NCBI GenBank assembly: GCA_010093815.1 | Contig: ML996567.1 | DNA from: Pseudovirgaria hyperparasitica | Lineage: Eukaryota | Strand: one strand, 5' to 3' | Length of the DNA stretch: 64,000 nt | Translations under genes and position numbers: made by a program | Shown here: positions 10,370-27,280 of the stretch, piece by piece | How the letters are laid out: each line of letters opens with the position of its first letter | Numbering within the stretch: position 1 is the stretch's first letter | Notes under the pieces: model-generated | Seen by the model: the letters and a program-made list of their open reading frames with translations, nothing else | Database searches by the model: none | Told to the model about the DNA's origin: nothing

Positions 10370-13059
10370 CTAGGCCTGGATGGCTCGACCCAGTGCACCA
10401 CCAGTGAACTGCTGACCACCTGGTCGGTGTTGACCACCACCACGGCCGCCTCCTCGTCCTCCACGCTGCCCACCCCGGCCTCCGCGACCACCTCGTCCTC
10501 CTGGACCGCCCTGGCGCTCGAATGCGTGAGCAGTGCCCTGTGTCCTTTGCTCCAACGTCTTCTCGTTGGACTCGATAAGACCACTGGCTTTGTCACTGAG
10601 CGTGAGAGCCAAGCTTTGCAGTCTTGAGAGCTCGACACCCTTGCGGAAGATGACGACACTATTAACCTGGTCAAGCGCTGCGGCAAGCTCTTCATGCGAG
10701 ATCATCTTGCTCACCACCGCTGCGACTTTACGCTCGGTGAGCTCGAACATGGATGCCAGGGTGGTAACAGAGAGTGTGTCGTAGAAGGGGGCGTATGTGA
10801 AAAGATATGTCCGTAGACCTTCTTCTTGAATCTGGGCCGATAGCATCTCCTTGATCTTCTCCGACTGAGCCATAAGCTCCCAAATCTTGATCGAGTTGAT
10901 GAACTCGGCTGACTTCTTCCACTCGCCTGCCGCTAGCGCTTTCGACGCCTGCATGACGTGATCTCTTGTGTTCTCGGGAGGGCCAGTGAAAATTTGACGC
11001 TCATGGTACTCAAGAAGACGTCTGTATGTCTTGCTGATCACGCGTTTCCGGATGTCTGGTGACGAGCCGATCTGGGCCAATAGAGGGATCTCGAGAAGCA
11101 TGGAGCAAGTCAGGTAGACGCACTCAAGCAGCTCGAGGTTGATGTGCATGTGGAAGGGCAGTTGACGTTGGCGCTCGAGACGTTCTTGCTCAGGCGAGAT
11201 TTGCGAGTATCGCTGCATTTGTAGACCTTGTGCTAAGAGCTCTTTTTGCCTGTTGCTTCCACAGATCTCTTGCAGTGAGTTTTGGGCCTCGTACACCAAG
11301 CCTGCGCGGAAGGCACAAAGGCCGACCTGCACGAGCGCGCGGTTAAAGAGGATCTGGGAGTTGACGTCGAAGTTGCCAATGGTTTCTTGCAAGTGCGACA
11401 TGAGCATCATGTCACGAGCCCGGTAGTAGTGATCATGCAGCGCGAGGAAGTAGATTTGGCAGAGCATGGCACGAGCTCGGATGATGCCCTCGCTCTTCTC
11501 AAACAGGTATGTGCAGAGAGATTGGACGAGAGTAGTGCTGTCTTTGGCGCTTGATCGCGGTGTGATTTGCGAGTCTCGCTTGGAATCGATGCTCTTCCAT
11601 GTGTTCTCTTCCAAGAGTTCAATGACTTGAGAGGGCTTCGCGTACTTAGCAGGTGTGCGGATCGAACAATGGAATGATTTGCTTACCTTGAAATACATGT
11701 GCTCCAGTCTGCGCATAACGACCCGATTTGCAACCTCCTGCGAGACGCGGAGCTCAGGATTCTTTTGGAGGCCCTCGACGTACAATGATGCGCGCACAAT
11801 GCTGCCATATAGTGAAGCCTCATCAGTCAAACGCTCCACGTACTCAGCAGTGTGAGGGTCGATAGTTTGCAGAGAACGAGTAAGTTCGTCGTCTAGACGC
11901 TCGACGGAGGAGACGACGCTACCAGGAACCTTGAAGATCTCACCAGGAGTGATAGTCGGCAGTTTGTCATCGTCCTCCCACTCCTCAGCGCCCTCGATAA
12001 CAACAATGTCTTTGTTAGACTCGAGGATATCAAGTAGTTTGGAGAACTCTTGCTGAGCAAGTTTCCACTGCTCCTGAGACATCTGACTTCCTGACACGGA
12101 GGATGAATCGAACCGGGTCGAGATGAGGGTGAGGAGTACTCGGATGCGTTGATAATCAGTGACCGCCACATCGAAAAGCTTCTCCATGACCCGGGTTTGT
12201 TCGACACGGTCTGTGTTCTTCCGCCCCCGTGATTCGACGATAGTCCGCAGGTGTTTGAGAATGCTTTCGGGCGTGTATTGCATGGCCTTACCGCCGGCAC
12301 CAACCATGGTGAAACCATCGTCCTCAGCGCCTTGAACAGCCTCAGCGATCTCAAGAGGGCTTCGCTTGGGCTTCTTGGGCTTGACCACTTCCTCTTCAAC
12401 CTCCTCTTCTTTCATGAACTCTTCAGGGTCTGCACGATAGGACTCAATATCCTTGGTGTATTCTTTGTTGTTCTTCCGAATCTTTTGTCGCACAGCATTC
12501 AAGCCGCGTGTGTTGACTGCATTCATTTTCTTTTGCGTCCCCTTCTGCTTCTCGACGGTCTCGTTGACGAGGACCTCCATGTCCGCGATCGCTTTGATAT
12601 ATAGCTTTGGCGTCTTGCTATCATTCTGGCGGATCAAGTTAGGGACTTGGCGGTTTAGTTTATCGAATTCTACGTTTTAGTTTAGTATGAACAGTTGTCA
12701 AATGTTTCGCCATAAGCCGCACCAGTTGAGATGACTGCCCAGTCATTGATCTTTTCGGCATTCTCGATCAGCCTGATTGTGCCCTCTAATTCCTCGAAAC
12801 GCTTGTCCTTTGCACTTTTGACCACTGGGCCAACTGATTCGGTGTCGGACTCATCAGAGCCAGAGACATCTATCATGAATCTGCTGGCACCTTTACCGCT
12901 TTCATCACTGCTGGAATCCGAATCCGAATCTTCATCCGCATCAGAATCTTCTTCAGAGTCTTCCAACTCCGACTCCTCGTCGCCAGAATCGAGGAGCTCC
13001 TCCTCTTCATCAGAACTGCTCTCCGAAGAGCTTTCGGCGCTGTGAAAAAAACGTGACAT
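10370..13059 (-). CDS. NIP1: Translation initiation factor eIF3 subunit c
   Basis: MSRFF + acidic tract, [40 protein letters not shown]-like C-terminus and RGG tail. Introns ~12670-12722 and 11636-11686 (51 nt, stop-free). Confidence 0.96.
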
Positions 13060-13890
13060 GGCGAATGAACTGACTTGTGTTGCTGTCTTGATGCGCGATG
13101 GACGGAATGGTCGCACAGTTGTTTCGGCCGCAGGTCTTGTTAAGAAATCCTGGTGGGGTTGGCGATCGCTTCGTGTGGGTTGTGCGCGACGAATTTCGAA
13201 GTCTTGGCATGAATAGTGGCAGCATTAGATCACGTGAAATTCAATTGAGTCAACTTCAAACTCAATGCTAGACCGTGAGATCAACAATCTATACACTATG
13301 TACTCGTCTGTGTGTCATATTCACTTCAAAACACTTATAGAATTGGGAAGTCAGTCCTTTTTGTTGGACCTCTCAGGCACACCTCTGCGTTTTCAAAGCA
13401 GCAAAAGGTTTTGATTCCTGTGAGAGCGTTCAAGACCAAGTCTGGCCTTTCTTCACGACTCACTTTCTGGGTCAGTCTCTATACTAAAACAGCGTTTGTG
13501 GTTCATATGGGCCTAACACCCGTCGTCCTGCTCGACTGACTCAAGGATATAATGAAAACTTCGTGCTCATTGCCAGTCATTCACTTTAACAGACACAGCG
13601 TCTTTTGGCGAGTCAACATACGTGAGTCCCATTGGATGCGTGAATTGCTGTCACCCTGGCTTGCTTAACTTGTTGTTGCTGACAGTCAAGCCTCTGGCCA
13701 CTTGGTAAGTAGACGGTCAGACAGATTAAGCCATCACCATAGCCTGTCGCGCTCTCTCATGATACCAGGTGGCTTGTATGAATCTATCATACGCATGCAG
13801 GTTCGGCGTCGTGGCGTCACCAGGCTGGTACAGCTCAACACGGGCGTTTGTAAAATATTCAGTTCATCTGTGCTTGTCACTTCCAGAATT

Positions 13891-16896
<3,006 letters not shown>

Positions 16897-18301
16897 TGTA
16901 GGCACCCAAAGGGTTTCAGTTGATTGACACGACTCCTACGACTACAAGCACATCAGGAGGGAGTGCTTTGTGGCCGGTCGGTGATTATGCGCATTCCAGG
17001 TCTGAGATGTCGTCGAGGGCCAGAGGCGCCGCAGAAGTTATATGACCGTCGAGGTCACTGACAGGGCAAGCAGAGCAGGGTGCAAGTTCACTGCTTGTCG
17101 CGTAGGGAGGTATGGAATCGCGGCAGACTTGGAGTGTAGGGACGGGGTGGTATGCGGCCAGACCTGACGCAGCTGGCGGGTGGGGCACTGAAATGAGAAG
17201 CCAAGCGTTGTTGTATTGAAACGACTTCGCAAGATCTTGAGGCAGAGGCCAGGTTCAATGTGAGAAGATGGAGCAGAGAAAGTCTGCCACAACAACGCAG
17301 GACGTGCGAAGGCAGAGGGTGTTAGGATAGACGTGAAGCTGCACGCTGAGGTGATGAATGTGCTGTCCGACCGTTGCGTTGATGGGAGAGGTGAGCTCTG
17401 CACGGACGGGCCTTCACGGTTAACGAACGTTGCTGGGGCCCGACAAGCTTTCAACTCTACACATCACCACCATCACACTATAAACAAACAAACTTTAACA
17501 GGCGATCATTCACCGTTGCACCGTCTTTCACGCATCGATTCATGTTCCGCGATAAGACTGACTGAGATGCTGGACTCTCCTGTCTATCATTCTCTAGGAT
17601 ATAAGATATCATTCTGCACTGCTTGGACTGTGCTGCCCGACGGAGCGCCTCTCCAGCCCAAAATGCGACCTGTTAGACGCTCACACCCAAACAAGCTTTC
17701 AATAGGCCCGGGGCTGTGAGTTCAGCTCCTCAGGCCAAAACCAAAGATACCATGGAGCGCATGCCAACCCACGCTCATTACGACTGTACATGTCGGGGTC
17801 TCAAGCCGTTACTGACAATGCAGCGCGACCGGCCGTCAGTTGTGGTGCTATCCATTTTCGCAGACAGCGGTACTACAAGGTGCCTAACTCATCTGTGGAA
17901 CCAACTGAAAAGGTGGCTCCTAGCGTCCAGAAAGAGGAAACGCCAATAATATTCACAGCCCATTCAAACAAAGGTCATCCCACTTTCAGGCCTTACAGCC
18001 TTTTAAAGCTTTTAACGTTAGCAGAAGCGTACTGCTCAAGGCCTCGAGAGATCAACTTACGAGGATGTTGGCCGTGTGACCAGTGCTTCTACTTGTGAAG
18101 AAGGCATATCTTCAACCCAATCTTCGATACTCAAATCTTATCAACTGTACGTACTACTCCCAGTTGTGAAGTCAGAAACACAAGGCTTGGTAGGTCATCT
18201 CCTTCCCTAATGCAAGAATTGCTACAGGGATCTTGGTGCGTATGAAACGCCGAGTCGACACTGTAGATGAACAAGATAATCAAGGAGATTTCAAGTCTCC
18301 A

Positions 18302-20386
18302 TCACTGGTGACTTGGAAGGTAGTGCCCTTGATACATGAAGTCTGCGGGTACGTACTCTCCATCAAATTGTGCTACTTCCCCAAAATTAACACCTGCGCC
18401 AGTCGTCTCGTACCACATGTACTCCGAGTCATAGCTCGCTGGAGTCGTGTATGGGCTCAGAACGTCTCCGGACCGCGAAGAAGCGCCCGGATTGGGTGAA
18501 GTATATCCTGATCCTTGCTCGCTCGTATGCGATCTCAGAGGAATTCCTTTGACCAAGACATCCGTTGATGTCGCTATGATCTTCATTGCCTGATCTATGC
18601 AGTCTGTACTTCTACTGGATAGGCGCAGAAGCCAGTGATATTCTTCAAGCTTCTTTTTGTACATGTCTGCCTCTTCCTTGGACGACGCTGTTGCCCAGAG
18701 GAGACCGGCAAACGTAGCAATCAATGCGAAGCCGTAGTGCGATGCGAAAAACCAAAAAGAATGAAGCTGTTCGGGACGAAGATTTCTCACAAAATCTATT
18801 GACATATAAAGGCGAGCCTTGGCTGCTTTCCGACACGCCTCGACAAGTGACTGATCTTGCTCGACGCTGAGCAGCTGAACTATACGCCGATGGAGGCATA
18901 TTTCCAACGCACAATAGGCTAAATGAAGGTATCCTGCTGAAGAGAGCTTCCTCGGCGCAACATTTTCGATGGCCAGTACGTCTGGTAGCGCTGAGTGCCA
19001 TTGCCGGAGTGACATTTGTATGGGCTTCGCTCGCTCAAGAAACCATCGCACCCCGTCACTCGCATGAGTTTGCAGCTCAGCCGCTGACTTGATAGAGTAG
19101 AGGGTTGTCATGAGAATTGAAAGGATCTCCGATAGCCTAATCATCTCACAGAAGAGCATTCGCCCATTTTCGACTTCAGTACTGCCCTCTTCGTCGTCCT
19201 CATCTTCGGCATTTTCTGGGAAATCAGTCTCCACGACTGGTTTGACGTCCCAGTCATTTGAGTGTATATGTGTTGGGCGTCCGTGCGCGAGAGAACCCCA
19301 TTTGTCCTGCATAAAAAGGGCCCAGGCCAGGCGTTTCCTGAGGCCTTTCTCCCAATCCGGTATTCTCCAGTCTGTACAATCGAGGTGTAGCCCAAGCTCC
19401 TGGCCAAGACCTATTAGTTGGGTTGTCAGAGGCCAGGAATCTTCAGCAGGCGTCTGAAGGAGTAGAAGCCCTGCTTGAATGGTGGACAGTTTCGGTCGAT
19501 ATATGACATCGTTCATTGTCTTTGAAGCAAGTTTTTCCAGCTCGCCAACGTCCGGCTTAGGCAACAGAGCCAATTCGGTACTGTAGGACCACCAGTTCAA
19601 CGCTAATATGTATACGGCGGCTAGTAAAGGGGGCGACAATTCTCGATGGCTCCGCTTATACTTCTCCAGGTAGACCTTTTTATGCATGATCGGAAAGCTC
19701 GGATGCACAATGCGAAAGTATAGGTTGATGAGGCCTTCTCCATGAGGCGATACGATGGACTCAATGGTGTCAACGTCGTAGACTTCATCCTCGTGGTTTC
19801 TTGTACTCTCGTCACGGAAAAGGATGAATGATTGGGATCGACTGGCCCTGTATAGAGCTTCTCTTCCAATAGGCAGGTCTTCTCTCTCCGCGAAAGCATC
19901 GAGCGAAAGAAGTGTCGGCTCGTACACAGACGAGAGACCTAGCATCCGACCATGTCTGTGGCTCTGTAAGCCGAGAGTTCTCTTGAGAAGCGACGGTCCT
20001 TCCAAGTCCGCATAGTCTTGAGTGTGACCTGGCTCAGTCTCAATTTGGGTGTTGGCAGGCCCTTTACGGACGGCCAAACGCTTCTCATGCGAGCCCCGGC
20101 CAGGCTGTCTGTCAATTTCTCGGTTTGCAGAAGATGATCCACTCTGATCTTCATCCTCAGCAGTTGATGTAGCTTTACGTTTACGAGGCTGAGGTTCCTT
20201 CAGAAAGGTACATTCTTGGCGATGGAACTGACATAAGACGCAGGCTATTGCACCTTCTTCGATCTCACATCTTGACTTCCGACGCCTACATGAATCGCAT
20301 GGTCTCCGAGGTCTCACTTTGGTTCCTGGAAAGATGTCGATAAGTGTTAGCACGGAGTCACCAGGCATGCCTGGTCTATGTGACAT
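18302..20386 (-). CDS. Zn(II)2Cys6 transcription factor, DAL81/TamA-like
   Basis: CDSCRRRKSRC...CVLCQFHRQEC cluster plus a fungal TF middle-homology region (LYFRIVHPSFPI, LGLHLDCTDWRIPDWEKGLRKRLAWALFMQDKW). Confidence 0.88.
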   Translation of the reverse strand: MSHRPGMPGDSVLTLIDIFPGTKVRPRRPCDSCRRRKSRCEIEEGAIACVLCQFHRQECTFLKEPQPRKRKATSTAEDEDQSGSSSANREIDRQPGRGSHEKRLAVRKGPANTQIETEPGHTQDYADLEGPSLLKRTLGLQSHRHGRMLGLSSVYEPTLLSLDAFAEREDLPIGREALYRASRSQSFILFRDESTRNHEDEVYDVDTIESIVSPHGEGLINLYFRIVHPSFPIMHKKVYLEKYKRSHRELSPPLLAAVYILALNWWSYSTELALLPKPDVGELEKLASKTMNDVIYRPKLSTIQAGLLLLQTPAEDSWPLTTQLIGLGQELGLHLDCTDWRIPDWEKGLRKRLAWALFMQDKWGSLAHGRPTHIHSNDWDVKPVVETDFPENAEDEDDEEGSTEVENGRMLFCEMIRLSEILSILMTTLYSIKSAAELQTHASDGVRWFLERAKPIQMSLRQWHSALPDVLAIENVAPRKLSSAGYLHLAYCALEICLHRRIVQLLSVEQDQSLVEACRKAAKARLYMSIDFVRNLRPEQLHSFWFFASHYGFALIATFAGLLWATASSKEEADMYKKKLEEYHWLLRLSSRSTDCIDQAMKIIATSTDVLVKGIPLRSHTSEQGSGYTSPNPGASSRSGDVLSPYTTPASYDSEYMWYETTGAGVNFGEVAQFDGEYVPADFMYQGHYLPSHQ

Positions 20387-22774
20387 CGTGAAGCTCGGGT
20401 TTCAACTGGACTAGGGCCGATGTTAGCCGTGTAATCCGGTTCCATGGTCTCGGTTCTGTGTGTGGGTAACCAAATACGATCCATTTGCTGTTGTTGATCT
20501 TGCAATGGATGCTTGATCTAAGTGGCTTACCGGGACTGGTATAAGCTACTTACAAAAGCAACGACTTATGTCACTGTGTATCATTTGGTACCTGCATGGA
20601 CGTACAGCACCAGTCGATTTCTAACTTAGGTAAGAAGTGTGTCCTGGCTTTTGACCCTGAACATGCAAATCCTCGCAAAAGAGACTTTGGATTCTTCCCT
20701 ATATACTGCTTGCGGCGTAGATTTACCTGCGAAAACATATGATAGACTGTATCCCGTGTCGTCATCGCTGCGAGGGCTGAACTTCAGCCTTTCCCGCACC
20801 ACGTAGCTCCGGCCGAGGGTGGATTGTGCTCTCTCGGTGGACGTTGAAGTACGAATATACCTGAATTGGGAAAAGTCGAAGTCAAATTAGTATCTTGATA
20901 GGACGCCATTGAGGCCATCACACATCAGTTCAAGCCATCTGTAGCTAGGCATCTTAGCGACGAATCACAAGCCTCGAACAGCGCAATGCCTGTTGGCCTG
21001 CAACTGGATGACTACAGCTGCATACTTAGACACCTAATAAGTGCAGCATCATGGTACCATGAAATTGATCGTGGCTTATAGTGGCATTTTAGATATCCAT
21101 TCGAAGAGTCCTCATCATCTCATGCACCCATACAGGTAAGTGGCAGGAGAAGAGACGTGCGGAGCTATTGAGTTTCTAGAGTAACTCCTCCACAACTAAT
21201 GACGGCTGAAGCTCACTAACCAAAACCAAGATTGGTCAAATTCATTCGACTCATCTATATTGAGGTAGGTTCCAGTAGCTCTCACTCAGCTACATCACAT
21301 CTGTATGTTCATCCTCGCGCGCAAGGCAATCGCCAGCTCTCGATAACCCCGAATGCTGCATACTTGATCGATACTCGTTCGTGAGAAGAGGCCAATCACA
21401 TTAATACTCCCCTTGACCGAAAATGAATAGCTGCAGCTTCCAGAAATGGCTCCAGGGAATGCCAGTCCGCGCATTGCAAAGCAGAAAGAAGCAGTAGACC
21501 CACACAGTCGATTCTAGACTCTCTAAGGAGATCAATTGAAAGCAATCAGAGCTGATAGGTCACACAGACTCGACGTATTGCAGCATTCGCGAAATTGTGC
21601 CAGCTTTATTGTACATGAAACAGAATATCAACAAACCAGCCATCGGGGCAAACGTACGGTGCATCTGACAGATAGGATTCTACGAACGGCCGGAGTATGT
21701 ACATACTTACATGCATGCATGAGCTTCGTTGTTATCTTAGCGTATGATGGACTGCGAAGGATTTATCACAGTCGAAACATACTCCAGACAAGATGAAACA
21801 TGCCTTGTGACATCTTGTGTTTGTTGCTGTGGACCCATGTATTCCGTCAAACGAACACTGCGATTCAAGAGGAGTCTAGTAGCTGTCTCAAGGGCTGTGA
21901 GCGCAGTATGATTCCTAATACTGTCGAGGTCGAAGCGGCTAGAATGTCGAAGCCCAAGTACGTATGTAAGTTCAGTAGGTTCTCCTGTATGAAGCTGCAA
22001 TTGTATCGAAGCGATGTGTATGTCACACAAGTGCTACCTACGAGGCAACATCAGACTATCTCGATGCCAATATCCAGTGTGTCATACTCGATGCACATGA
22101 CTTCTTGGTCACCCCGGATAGACTATTCAGTCCATTAGGAATTTCTTGGACTCTTTCCCTGTGGCACTTACCACAGTGCGGAATGCATCTTGTGTCTCGG
22201 TCTATCCGACAACTGAGAGCGGCTGTGTGACAATTATCTGCCCCTTATCTGGATTCATACAGATGTCTGGAAAGACTGCACTACACAAAGATGGCTGCTA
22301 CATAGGTTAGAAGAGACTACTGATTGGTTAAGACTGAGTACCAATATGATCCGACCGTTCCTTTCAGTGTCGAAGATAGCGTCGAAATCATACGACTTAC
22401 TGGCAACGACTGAATGATCATGCTTGAAGGTGAGAGAGAGGCATGCTAAGAATATGCAGCCTCTCTGTTACGTGTATAAGGTGTATTGCTCTACTCAAGC
22501 CTTCTAGCAGCTTTTGACGCTGGCACGGCTTTTCTATATCCTTTGAGAACAGGTAGACGCAGATTTTCTTTTGTGCCGGTCTATACATTGGTAAATCTTG
22601 GCTCTCTCCATACATACTCGTGCGTTGGGAGAGCTATCTTGTCGGAGGCGGACGGACTTCTTACGAATGAAGACTTACATTCGCCCTTCATGTCCGACCT
22701 GACAACTTCCCACCTGGTCATTCCATGGACAGCACAGTCCTTCTAGATAGATTCCTGCCACTACATCCACTTCC

Positions 22775-23739
22775 TCAATCCTTCCCCTCCTCAACATCAT
22801 CCAGGACTTTCGCCTCCCCCTTCGGCGGCCTCTGCCCAAAAATCGTACTGCCCACCCTGACCTCCCCACTGCCCTGCCTAATCGCCTCTTCAAAATCCGC
22901 ACTCATACCCATACTCAACTCGAGCTCGCCCTCTGGCACACCCAACTCCTGCGCCACACGATCCCTCGTCTCCCTCAAACACACAAAATCCGCATTCTCC
23001 TCTCCATCCTTGGCGCTCTGACTCCGCGCAATAGCCCCGATGGTCATCAATCCAAGGAGCTGCAGATGCGGACAGTTGTCACGAATGTGTCTGCAGAGCG
23101 CAGCGGTGTCGGCAGGCTCGACGCCGCTCTTGGCAGCTTCTCCAGACGTGTTCACTTGCACGTGCACGCGCAGCTTGTCGAGATCCGTCTTTTCTTTGTC
23201 CTCCTCGCCTGATTTCTCGTCCTTCTCGGACGCTAAGCGCTCTACGAGTGCCCGCCGTCCCTTTTCTAGGCCGTCGGCTTTCTTGGCGCTGTCCACGCTG
23301 CTCACACACCACAGGCTCTCTACACTTTCCGCCAGTGGCCGTGCCTTGTTGCTCTGCAGACCTCCAATGAAATGCCAGCGTATGGTTTTGGGTAGGATGT
23401 CTGCTTTCTGCTGAAGTTCTTGGAGGTAGTTTTCGCCGAAATGGAAGTGAGCAGGTGGGACGCTCGCAGGAAGAGAAGAGGGGTCGAGGGAGGCTGGGTT
23501 GTGCAGGGCGAGGATCGTGGATGCGGGATGAAGTTTGGAGACGGCTATGAGGCGAATCTATATCGGCGTTGTCAGTGAGTATAAAATGGTGGACGGTAAA
23601 TGGGAGGAGCTTGAGGGTCTGAAGAAAGGTTTACCTGTCTTTGCGACTTGTTTGCCGCGGCGACTTGGTCTGCTACATATTTGAGATTTTCGAGCAGTTG
23701 GCGCGCGCGTTCGGGTTTAATGTGCATTTCTTGAGGCAT
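22775..23739 (-). CDS. Pyridoxal-phosphate homeostasis protein (YggS/PROSC family)
   Basis: IRLIAVSKLHP, HFGENYLQEL, WHFIGGLQSNK, VQVNTSGE, GLMTIG, ELSMGMSADFEEAIRQGSGEVRVGSTIFG. One intron ~23558-23634. Confidence 0.94.
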
Positions 23740-24040
23740 GGCGTGGAGTGTGAGTTGAGGGACTCGATGATGATGACGGCGCGGGAGCTAATAGGAGATC
23801 TGCAAGGCGATCGGAACGGCGGTATCTCGGATCTTCTGGAATCAAATGCCGACGCAAGATTGGAAACGAGTGACATAACGATAGAAGTGTATTCAGCCAG
23901 CATGGAAAGTAGACCACGCTCATCCTTTTTATTCGGAATGCACCTATTCCAATGCTATGTCATAACACCTCATATACCTTCGTATAACCAGCGCTGTGCC
24001 TTTTTGATGCCCCTGAAGGTTCAATAACCAAGGCTTCCGA

Positions 24041-27000
24041 CTACTGAGGATGCGCTTCAATACCCTGTGACAATCTTTGCTCCATTAACTTAGCCAGAGG
24101 TCCTGGTACAGCATCATCAGTCGCGCGAATAGTCAGTCGGAACATCTGTAGTGGTCAGTACGCTAGGCGTGTCATGACCATGAGCACAACTTACATTTGT
24201 TTCAAAATTGGGCTCCAGCCGCAACAAACATCCATATTTGCCTGCTGTCGTATGCAGAATAGTGGCGCCAACTAAATTCTTCTGGTTGGGATCTACGCCA
24301 TCAAGAATGCCCCACCCAAAACCTTCGACCACCTTCCTGGTGAATGTCATGTTTGCAGTCCGTCTCTTATCAACGAGTCCAAATATTCGTTGCTCCTCGC
24401 GAGGTGCGCCTCCAATCTGCTTCCACCTCTTAAAGAAGTTCTCCGCGTCAAGTTTCGTATCCTCCATGTACTTGTGAATGACTACAGGAAGCTGCAAGGT
24501 TAGAGCTTGAAGAGCGCCAGCTAGGTACGAGATTCTGATAGTGGGTGGATGCTCAAAGACATTCTTCGCCTCGAACATCGTCATCTGCTGCGTTTGACCA
24601 TCTGGATGAATTGTGGTTTCTGGAAGCGTTTTTGTGTCCGTCGTCAAATTCTCTGAAGACCTATTGTCTAGAGTCGTGGTGAAAGAGCCCATGGCAAAGG
24701 ATGACTTGTTAGTAAAGTACATGACAATGCAGCCAAGTTCCTGCCTGTATTCGCTGCGGATGCCAACCTGTATCTGATTGTCTTCGTACAGCACGCCCTC
24801 CCTCTTCAGCAGTAGACGATTGTAGCCGATCTCCCAGTCAGGACTGAGATGGGCCGCACTGGCTAGGTTGGGTGTCACGAGCACTTTGTTAGTGTCGACG
24901 TTCATGTCCAGACCAGCCAGATCGCTGTTGCCATTCTGATGAGCACCGTTCGTACCGTTAGTTGGTTCTCTCGACGTGTTATTAGCATTGGGGGCGTGCT
25001 GTGTGAAGGACCGTTTGAGTCCAGTATGTTGCACAAGGTTGAACTCCTTTGGATCCGCATTTGCATCGCGCCCACCAACGACCCAAGTCCGCTTGTCGCT
25101 GGTATTTCCGTGCTTCTGATGTAGCCGAGACAGCAGAGCCGATGCACGTTCTGGAAAAGGAGGCATCTCATCGCAAACTGTGCGAAGTAGATCATCCGTA
25201 GGCAATGTGGCCAAAGTGAGATACTCACACGCTCGCTGCTGAAGCTCTGAATCCAGCGTCTGACTATATGCGCGGAATACTTGCAGGAGTTGGGGCTTGA
25301 TTTCTGGAAACAGGTTGACAAACTTGATGAAGGAGGACAAGATGATGGCCCGCGTGCCCGAAGAGCACCCTCGAAGCTTCGCTTGCAGAGCCATGAACTG
25401 TTCAATAGGACTACAGCCTTTGCTATCCGCAATGAGATGTCCAAACTCTCCAAGCAAGTAGCCACCAATCTTTACGAGAGTTTCGTGGCAGTCCTTCTTG
25501 ATGTATTGAAGTATATGCTGTGCTGCATAGACCTGCAACTCCTCATTATTGGTGACAATCTGAGTAACGCGTTGCCAGACTTCGTCGCTGACGTGGTCTC
25601 CGGCCATCGCAATAAGACGAAGCGAGATGTCCACATACCACTGTATGTCAGTTGCGTATTTCTCAGTCAAGATCGCAATCTTCAAGACCATCTCTTCTCG
25701 AATCGCATAGTCTGCGGATTGCAGATACTTTAGCAACTCTGCTACGATTGGCTGGGCGTTGGTTGCATCACACATGCTGTAGAGCAAGTCTAATCCCTGG
25801 CGACGAACACTGATATCGCGATCCCGAAGAGATCCAATGATGATGCTCTGATTCTCCTTGAGCGGCCCAAGAGTTTCAGATCGTGCAGCCAAGTGAGTCA
25901 TGGCTTCTAAACCAAGATATCGCACATTTGTCTCTCTAGACTGTATAAATTTCCCAAGCTTGGACGCAACCGATGCCATCAATTCGTGCTCCGTATCGAG
26001 ATGGATGATGACGTTGATGGCCTCAAATAGAACAGCATTCTGAGCGTTATTTTGCTGGACGTTCTTGGGCATTTCCATGGCAGCCGTCAAGATGGCCTGC
26101 AGCGATTCTCGAATTAGGTTGCGAATATGTGTGTCCTCTGGTCTTGTCAATGGAAATCGCACATATGTGGAGGAATGTCTTACGGGATGGTGGATAGTAC
26201 TGCAATATCTTCAAGAGCTTTACCTGTATCCATGGGCACGGCACTTTGTAGTACAGATAGTCTGCAGAGCATTCGTTGTCCACCACTATAGCTTTAAGTC
26301 TTCGAGCAGCCTTTACATAGCTTCCTTTGTATTGGTCTGGGCTCTCCTGTAGCAGAGCCATGACGAGAGATGTGACCGACAGCGCCACTCCCATATCCGG
26401 GTCGTCCATCAATGAGATGATGCGCTCTGCCCATTCGAGCTGTACGATTGCAGGGTATTTGCGGAACAGTCGTAGCAATGTTAAGGCCGCCTTTTTCTTT
26501 ACAAACGCCTTCGACGTCCTGTACCTGGAATCAGCATTCTAGATCTTGTGATGGTGTCCGTATGACCTACGGTGATATTAATAGTCGATGGACGTCCGCA
26601 CTCAACGACTCTCCCATTTCTTTGCCGCCAACGTTCGCGATCGCATGCAGCGCTAGACAATTGTTAAGCTCATTATGATCCATCAAGTCCTTCCGTATAC
26701 TATTGACGACCAGATGTAACAGCTCGTGTTGTTCGTGAAGGAACAGAGTAACAGCGAGATACCCAATCTGTTTTTCAGAGTATTTCGTCGCAGAAATTAG
26801 ATTTACGGCTTCGAGATGGCCAAAGTCGACATTCCAGCCAAGGATATATATGTATAAAAGCTGAGATGTTAGCATGACGACCTGAATAGTACTGGTACCG
26901 GAGGTCGCACCTTGCAAACGTATTTCTTCCTGGAGTAGCCATTCATATTCCCATCTGCGTACATAGTCAAAACGAGCCCAGCTGAGATGGTGTCCAGAAT

Positions 27001-27280
27001 CTGTACCTCGAAACTTTTGCCTATGTCGCTCGTCAGCACCATTCTTCGACGAGCGCAATGAAGAGCTTACCGTATATTTGCCAACTCCTTATTGATTCGT
27101 TTCTCCTCCAGTTCTCTTGCTCTGGCATTTCGTAAATCTGCAATGAATGACACCAATCCTATCCTACTGTCAATTTCAACTCTAATCCTAGGATATTTTC
27201 TGGTTCGCCGTACCGCGCATGGTAGGTACATTGCCTTGGTTGGAATTGCGGCTGAATATGCTGCCAGTCGCGGACGCCAT
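24041..27280 (-). CDS. APL3: AP-2 adaptor complex alpha subunit
   Basis: MRGLVSFIADLRNARARELEEKRINKELANIR, KYSEKQIGYLA, YYKVPCPWIQVKLL, ETNVRYLGLE, C-terminal ear domain. Several short 5' exons, including a 14-nt micro-exon near 27007-27020. Confidence 0.96.

Noticed and set aside
11636..11686. Apparent 17-aa insertion in eIF3c, and an 18-aa insertion in the Yak1 kinase domain
   Set aside because: Both are ordinary stop-free introns with canonical donor, branch and acceptor sites.
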